Assembly (NCBI GenBank): GCA_964585265.1
Contig: CAZPCX010000001.1
Coordinates: 1-32,424 of the forward strand
Direction of reading: 5' to 3'
From: an uncultured Muribaculaceae bacterium
GTDB taxonomy: Bacteria; Bacillota_I; Bacilli_A; RF39; UBA660
Length of the DNA stretch: 32,424 nt
The position numbers were made by a program, and so were the translations under genes. Under the pieces are notes generated by a model that did not search any database, had not been told where the DNA came from, and worked only from the letters and a program-made list of their open reading frames with translations. Each line of letters begins with the position of its first letter. Position 1 is the first letter of the stretch. Of this stretch, positions 27,648 through 32,424 are shown piece by piece.

Positions 27648-28744
27648 TTTATATCGCCTCTCTTAACTATTAAATTTTGCAATATTGTGAAAGCACTTGA
27701 TGTTATCCAATATATTCCAATAGCTGTTGATAATGAGAATGACATGAATATTATAAATACCAACAAGAATATGTTCATGCTCTTCATTTGCTTTTGAGCA
27801 GGTCCATCTCCAACTGCTTTATTTTGTGCAAATGAGAAGTATGTAACTGCTGCTAGTATTATTACTATAATTATATACCACCATTCTCCTCTAAATATTG
27901 CTACATATGGTGTTAATCCAAGTTTAAATCCAAGAAAGCTTCCTTCAAATATTGCCGGTACTCTATTAATTGCTTCAATAAACGCAAACAAAATAGGTAT
28001 TTGTATTAAGGCAAATAGACAGCTTGTTAATGGATTTATATTGTATTTCTTATATATTGCTATAGTTTCTTGATTTTTTTGCATAACCATTTGTTGATCT
28101 GTCTTATCTTTATATTTTGATTCTACTGCATTTATCTCTGGTTGTGCTTTTTTCATCTTTTCTGATTGTTGTGCTGTACTCTTTGTTATTGGTAACATCA
28201 TTAATCTTATAAGTATTCCTATTATTACTAACGAAAACCCATAATTATTTAATATTGTTCCAAGTTTTAATAAAAGCCACGCTAACGGTTTTATAAAAAA
28301 CGATGTCCAAAGTCCTTCATATCCGCCGTTGTCTATCTTATATTCGCTACATTTTGGTAATGTTTCTATATCTATTCCATATATTTCATAAATAGCTATA
28401 ACATCTTCGTTTGTAGGCTTACATAATATATTTTCTGTTAGTGTTTGTCCTGTTGCATTTTCTTTCGCCACTGTGCATGCAGTTGTACATGTTGTTTCAC
28501 AAGATAATGCTGTTTCTTCTATCTCTGCTAGTCTTATTGTTTCTTCTTCGCTTAATTCTTCTTTATCTTTTAAAATATTATACTCTTCTATTGTTGCATC
28601 ACATTTTTCTTCACATTTTGTACATATAAAATCGGCGTCATATTTAACAATTTTGTTGTCTTCATCTTTTAATGTTTTTGTACAACCTGTTAAAAACATT
28701 ACTAGTAGTAAAATAAATATCATATTTTTAAATTTTATTCTCAT
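27644..28744 (-). CDS. yidC: Membrane protein insertase YidC/SpoIIIJ lipoprotein, with an extended Cys-rich N-terminal domain
   Basis: It has a signal peptide with lipobox (MRIKFKNMIFILLLVMFLTG|C). The YidC core is present (GFSLVIIGILIRLMMLPIT, MKKAQPEINAVESKYKDK, YKKYNINPLTSCLFALIQIPILFAF, GIYWITSSAFTILQ). I prefer ATG at 28744 (GAGGA 8 nt upstream); the track start is 28765. Confidence 0.9.
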   Translation of the reverse strand: MRIKFKNMIFILLLVMFLTGCTKTLKDEDNKIVKYDADFICTKCEEKCDATIEEYNILKDKEELSEEETIRLAEIEETALSCETTCTTACTVAKENATGQTLTENILCKPTNEDVIAIYEIYGIDIETLPKCSEYKIDNGGYEGLWTSFFIKPLAWLLLKLGTILNNYGFSLVIIGILIRLMMLPITKSTAQQSEKMKKAQPEINAVESKYKDKTDQQMVMQKNQETIAIYKKYNINPLTSCLFALIQIPILFAFIEAINRVPAIFEGSFLGFKLGLTPYVAIFRGEWWYIIIVIILAAVTYFSFAQNKAVGDGPAQKQMKSMNIFLLVFIIFMSFSLSTAIGIYWITSSAFTILQNLIVKRGDIK

Positions 28745-29096
28745 TTTTGTTGTCCTCATATACAATATTAATTAATTTTAACAACTTTTCTTCAATTGTT
28801 TTATAATCAATATTTAATATTTCTTTCCTTACTAATATTATACAGTCATTATTCGTTAACGCAATAGAGTTTTTTGTAATTATTTCTTTAATTTGTCTCT
28901 TTATTTTATTTCTTACTACTGCATTACCTATCTTCTTTGGTACTGCAATACCTATTCTATAGTATTTTTCTTTTTTATCATATAAAAATATAATAAAATT
29001 CTTTTCTTTATATGCTTTGCCTTTTTTCATTATAAGAGCAAATTCATTATTACTTTTTATAATATTAATTTTTTTCAATAAATCACCTATTTTCAA
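28728..29096 (-). CDS. rnpA: Ribonuclease P protein component
   Basis: It is small and basic, with KSNNEFALIMKKGK and GNAVVRNKIKRQIKE (RNR-type motif). It lies between rpmH and yidC. The start is uncertain: TTG at 29096 or TTG at 29078. Confidence 0.85.
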   Translation of the reverse strand: MKIGDLLKKINIIKSNNEFALIMKKGKAYKEKNFIIFLYDKKEKYYRIGIAVPKKIGNAVVRNKIKRQIKEIITKNSIALTNNDCIILVRKEILNIDYKTIEEKLLKLINIVYEDNKNENKI

Positions 29097-29123
29097 TAAT
29101 AAAAAACCACCTAAAAAGTGGTA

Positions 29124-29252
29124 TTATTTAGAAAGCTTCTTTCTTCCTTTGATTCTTCTCTTTCCCATTATGTTTGTCCCAGCTTCTTTTCTAGCAAAAA
29201 AACCGTGATCTGCCTTCATTTTTTTGTTATTTGGTTGATATGTTCTTTTCAT
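29124..29252 (-). CDS. rpmH: 50S ribosomal protein L34
   Basis: The minus-strand translation MKRTYQPNNKKMKADHGFFARKEAGTNIMGKRRIKGRKKLSK (42 aa) is L34. The RBS is AGGAGGTG. It is too short for the ORF track. Confidence 0.95.
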   Translation of the reverse strand: MKRTYQPNNKKMKADHGFFARKEAGTNIMGKRRIKGRKKLSK

Positions 29253-29281
29253 TTCTACACCTCCTGGCTTTTAACGCTATA

Positions 29282-29311
29282 ATTATATACTAATGCAAAT
29301 ATGGTTGTCAA
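29282..29311 (-). promoter_or_regulatory. Sigma-A type promoter for rpmH-rnpA (TTGACA-18 nt-TATAAT)
   Basis: The rc reads aTTGACAaccatatttgcattagtaTATAATt. Confidence 0.5.
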
Positions 29312-29331
29312 TTAAATATTTATATTGTTTT

Positions 29332-29340
29332 TGTGGACAA
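29332..29340 (-). promoter_or_regulatory. DnaA box (TTGTCCACA, 1 mismatch to TTATCCACA)
   Basis: The plus strand reads TGTGGACAA. Confidence 0.65.
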
Positions 29341-29380
29341 GTTGTTAATATTTTTTAATAAATGTATGTGTTTAGTTTAG

Positions 29381-29389
29381 TTGTACACA
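29381..29389 (+). promoter_or_regulatory. Weak DnaA box (TTGTACACA, 2 mismatches)
   Basis: The plus strand reads TTGTACACA. Confidence 0.35.
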
Positions 29390-29438
29390 GTTTTAACTGA
29401 AATGTATATGTTATTGTTTAATATATTCTTTTAAAATT

Positions 29439-29447
29439 TGTGGATAC
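29439..29447 (-). promoter_or_regulatory. DnaA box (GTATCCACA, 1 mismatch)
   Basis: The plus strand reads TGTGGATAC and directly abuts the next box. Confidence 0.7.
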
Positions 29448-29456
29448 TGTGGATAA
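29448..29456 (-). promoter_or_regulatory. DnaA box (TTATCCACA, perfect)
   Basis: The plus strand reads TGTGGATAA. It forms a head-to-tail tandem with the box at 29439-29447. Confidence 0.85.
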
Positions 29457-29594
29457 CCTTTATTTTTATCATCTTTTTTACCTTTTTTGTGTTAATAACA
29501 TTGTTAATAACTATTTGTTTGTATTTTTATTAACTTTTTTCTTAAAAATAGGTTAAAATATATATGTAATTGCAATTTTGAGTGAGGTAATGAT

Positions 29595-30938
29595 ATGGAA
29601 AAAGATTCTTTGTGGATAAATTTTTTAGAATTAATTAAAACCAAAATATCTCCGATATGTTTTGAAACATGGTTTAAAGACACTAAATTGTATAGTTTAG
29701 AAGGGGGTATTGCTAAAATAATAGTTCCTATGTCTTTACATAAAAAACACTTTCAAGATAATTATATGGATTTAATATCAGAAAATTTTAACATATTGAC
29801 TGGAACTAATTTTGATTTTGAATTTATTTTAGAAGATGAAGTTAATTTAAAAAAGAAGAAGAACACAGAAGAGAGTGGGGTTCCTTATAATAATCCTGTT
29901 CAAGCAAATATTAATCCTAATTATACTTTTGAAAATTATGTTAAAGGTTCATCAAACAGTCTTGCTTACACAGCTGCTTTAGCTGTTGCTGAAAAGCCAG
30001 GCAAGGCATATAATCCTTTATTTATATACGGTAACAGCGGTTTAGGTAAGACACATTTAATGCATGCAATAGGAAATTATATATTAACTACCAGTAATAA
30101 GAAGGTTTTATATGTAACTAGCGAAAGATTTATAAGTGATTTTATAAATATAAATAGAAAAGATAGTAATAATGATTTTGTAGAAGCTTTTAAAAATAAA
30201 TATAGATCTTTAGATGTATTAATAATAGATGATATTCAATTTTTATCAAATGCGACACAAAGTCAACAAGAGTTCTTTCATACATTTAATGAATTACACC
30301 AAGAAGGAAAACAAATTATTATTTCTTCTGATAGATCACCAGATGATTTAAAATTATTAGAGGAAAGACTTAGAACTAGATTTAATTGGGGATTAGCATG
30401 TAATATATTGCCTCCGGATTATGATTTAAGAATTGAAATATTAAAGAAAAAGCTTAGTGTTCATGAATTAGCTAGACCATTAAGTAATGATGTAATAGAA
30501 TTTATTGCAAGTAATTGTGATTCTGATGTTAGAAAATTAGAAGGTGCATTAAATAGATTATTTGCATATACAGCTATGTTTAATAAAGAAAAAATAGATT
30601 TAAATGTTGCTGTAGAAGCTCTTAGTGATTATTTAGTATCTGCATCTTATTTAAAAAATAATATACAAAAAATTAAAAAGATTGTGTGTGATTATTATAA
30701 TATTACAGTTGAAGAAATGGTTTCAAAAAAGAGAAGTAATTATGTTACTTTACCTAGACAAGTAGCAATGTATTTATGTAGAATGATTACTGATGAAAGT
30801 TTTCCAACTATTGGTTTTGAATTTGGAGGAAGAGATCATTCAACAGTAATGCACGCGTGTAATAAGATTGAAATAGAAATTAAAAAGAATAAAGATTTTA
30901 AGAATGTATTAGATCAATTAAAATTAAAACTTAAATAA
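29595..30938 (+). CDS. dnaA: Chromosomal replication initiator protein DnaA
   Basis: It has Walker A GNSGLGKTHL, Walker B LIIDDIQFL, sensor motifs and the domain IV DnaA signature (LPRQVAMYLCR...FGGRDHSTVMHACNKI). Confidence 0.98.
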   Translation: MEKDSLWINFLELIKTKISPICFETWFKDTKLYSLEGGIAKIIVPMSLHKKHFQDNYMDLISENFNILTGTNFDFEFILEDEVNLKKKKNTEESGVPYNNPVQANINPNYTFENYVKGSSNSLAYTAALAVAEKPGKAYNPLFIYGNSGLGKTHLMHAIGNYILTTSNKKVLYVTSERFISDFININRKDSNNDFVEAFKNKYRSLDVLIIDDIQFLSNATQSQQEFFHTFNELHQEGKQIIISSDRSPDDLKLLEERLRTRFNWGLACNILPPDYDLRIEILKKKLSVHELARPLSNDVIEFIASNCDSDVRKLEGALNRLFAYTAMFNKEKIDLNVAVEALSDYLVSASYLKNNIQKIKKIVCDYYNITVEEMVSKKRSNYVTLPRQVAMYLCRMITDESFPTIGFEFGGRDHSTVMHACNKIEIEIKKNKDFKNVLDQLKLKLK

Positions 30939-31069
30939 TTGTTAATAACACCTATTTGTTAACTAATAACTTTTATAAATATTTACATTGATTTCTTACC
31001 TTTTTTGGTTTATTAACAATTTACACAGTAATAAAAAATATATATAATAAAAATAAAGGAGAATATATA
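30939..31069. other. oriC: oriC, downstream half (dnaA-dnaN gap with box-like motifs and an AT-rich candidate unwinding element)
   Basis: It contains TTATTAACA (31010-31018) and ATTTACACA (31019-27) box-like motifs. These are followed by the nearly pure A/T tract aataaaaaatatatataataaaaataaa (31029-31057). The bipartite layout matches Bacillus oriC. Confidence 0.6.
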
Positions 31070-32188
31070 ATGAATTTAATAATTAAAAAAAATATTTTAT
31101 TAGAAAACTTAAATTATGTTTCAAGAGCTTTATCCAACAAAAATTTAATACCAGTTTTAGCAGGAATTAAATTTGAATTAAAAAAAGATGGATTATATTT
31201 AATGTGTAGTAATGATGATATTACTATTGAAAATTATATATTGAAAAAAGATATTGATGAAGTTAATGAAGTAGGTAATATAATTATTCCTGGCAGATAT
31301 TTTGTTGATATTATAAGAAAAATTCCAAACGAATATATTAAAATTAAAACAGATGGATTAAAAATAATAATAAATACAGATACAGGAGAATATAATTTAA
31401 ATGGAATTGCTTCAACAGAATTTCCTAATAGAAAATTTGAATTAAATGAAAAACCAATAATTGTAAGTAAAACAAATTTAAAAGATATAATTGATCAAAC
31501 TTCTTTTGCAATATCTACACAAGAATCAAGACCAGTATTAACAGGAATAAATTTAAAAGTAGAAAATAAAAATTTAAAATGTATAGCAACAGATTCTTAT
31601 AGATTGTCTGAAAAAACAATAAATTTAGTGGAAAAAGTAAAAGAAGAAATAAATATAATTATTCCTGGAAAAAATTTAATTGAGTTATCTAAAATGTTTG
31701 ATGATAAAGAAGAAAATATAGAAATTCATATATTTAGTAATAATGTATTATTTAAATTTAATAATATAATATTTCAATCAAGATTATTAAACGGAACATA
31801 TCCAGACACATCAAAATTAATAGTAGGGGAATCAATTTTAAAAGTAATTGTGAATAAAGAAGAATTATATAATATAATTGATAGAGCTGCATTATTAACT
31901 TCAGAAAAAGATAAAAATGTAGTAAAAATGGAAGTTATAAAAAACAAAATAATTGTAAGTTCTATTTCTCAGGAAATAGGTAAAATAGAAGAAACAATGA
32001 ATATTAACAAAGATAATAATAAAGAAATGAGTATAGCTTTTTCATCAAAATATATGATGGATGCAATAAGAGCTTTTAAAAAAGAAAATATTGAAATTAA
32101 TTTATCCGGTGAAATAAAACCAATAATTATTAAATCAGAAAACGAAGAGGATTTAATAGAATTAATTTTACCAATAAAAACTTTTTAA
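31070..32188 (+). CDS. dnaN: DNA polymerase III beta sliding clamp
   Basis: It is 372 aa with a three-domain clamp pattern (LLENLNYVSRALSNKNLIPVLAGIKFEL, SRPVLTGINL, ATDSYRLS, LLNGTYPD). It lies downstream of dnaA. Confidence 0.97.
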   Translation: MNLIIKKNILLENLNYVSRALSNKNLIPVLAGIKFELKKDGLYLMCSNDDITIENYILKKDIDEVNEVGNIIIPGRYFVDIIRKIPNEYIKIKTDGLKIIINTDTGEYNLNGIASTEFPNRKFELNEKPIIVSKTNLKDIIDQTSFAISTQESRPVLTGINLKVENKNLKCIATDSYRLSEKTINLVEKVKEEINIIIPGKNLIELSKMFDDKEENIEIHIFSNNVLFKFNNIIFQSRLLNGTYPDTSKLIVGESILKVIVNKEELYNIIDRAALLTSEKDKNVVKMEVIKNKIIVSSISQEIGKIEETMNINKDNNKEMSIAFSSKYMMDAIRAFKKENIEINLSGEIKPIIIKSENEEDLIELILPIKTF

Positions 32189-32241
32189 TTGTTATTTATA
32201 TCGTTTTTCTTTATAATATCTAATTGAGAAAAGGTGATATT

Positions 32242-32424
32242 ATGGATTATGAAATAGTAGTTGTAGGCGGCGGACACGCAGGGTGTGAAGCCGCTCTTTC
32301 GTGTTCTAGATTAGGACATAAAACATTATTAATAACAGGTAGTTATAATTGCATAGCAAATATGCCTTGTAATCCATCAATAGGAGGATCTGCAAAAGGA
32401 ATAGTTGTTAGAGAAATTGATGCA
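32242..32424 (+). CDS. mnmG: tRNA uridine 5-carboxymethylaminomethyl modification enzyme MnmG (GidA), N-terminal 61 codons; it runs off the window
   Basis: [32 protein letters not shown]...[18 protein letters not shown] is the canonical GidA FAD-binding N-terminus. The RBS is AAGGTGA. Confidence 0.95.
   Translation, partial: MDYEIVVVGGGHAGCEAALSCSRLGHKTLLITGSYNCIANMPCNPSIGGSAKGIVVREIDA

Larger units (their letters stand above)
29253..29594. other. oriC: oriC, upstream half (rpmH-dnaA intergenic DnaA-box region)
   Basis: This is a 342-bp non-coding gap between divergent rpmH and dnaA. It contains one perfect and several near-consensus DnaA boxes, listed separately. Confidence 0.8.

Overview
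This is a very AT-rich, gene-dense replication-origin region of a Bacillota-type chromosome. It uses the standard genetic code: yidC ends in a TGA stop inside an ATGA overlap with jag. A bipartite oriC brackets dnaA, with DnaA boxes at 29332-29456 and an AT-rich tract at 31029-31057. Every gene is transcribed away from oriC. To the right on the + strand are dnaA, dnaN and mnmG (partial). To the left on the - strand are rpmH-rnpA-yidC-jag-mnmE, then recF-gyrB-gyrA, then a 525-bp non-coding gap. After the gap come ffs (a minimal SRP RNA), tadA-dnaX-ybaB-recR-holB-yaaT-rsmI-pth-metG, tatD, a 3D-domain protein, rsmA, spoVG, divIC, mrnC, rlmB, a sigH-like sigma factor, secE-nusG-rplKAJL, ybxB and rpoB (partial). 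The order mirrors the first ~100 kb of the Bacillus subtilis map with most accessory genes removed. An oriC-spanning inversion has also put recF-gyrBA on the mnmE side and mnmG next to dnaN. The standout is the gyrA-ffs gap (19439-19913). It holds four exact 16-bp parS palindromes (ParB/Spo0J sites) interleaved with three exact 16-bp Noc-binding-site palindromes (TATTTCCCGGGAAATA). That is seven sites in about 470 bp, about 9.4 kb from the DnaA-box cluster. I am not aware of a described mixed ParB/Noc loading array of this kind. No mobile elements, CRISPR arrays, rRNA or tRNA genes were seen.
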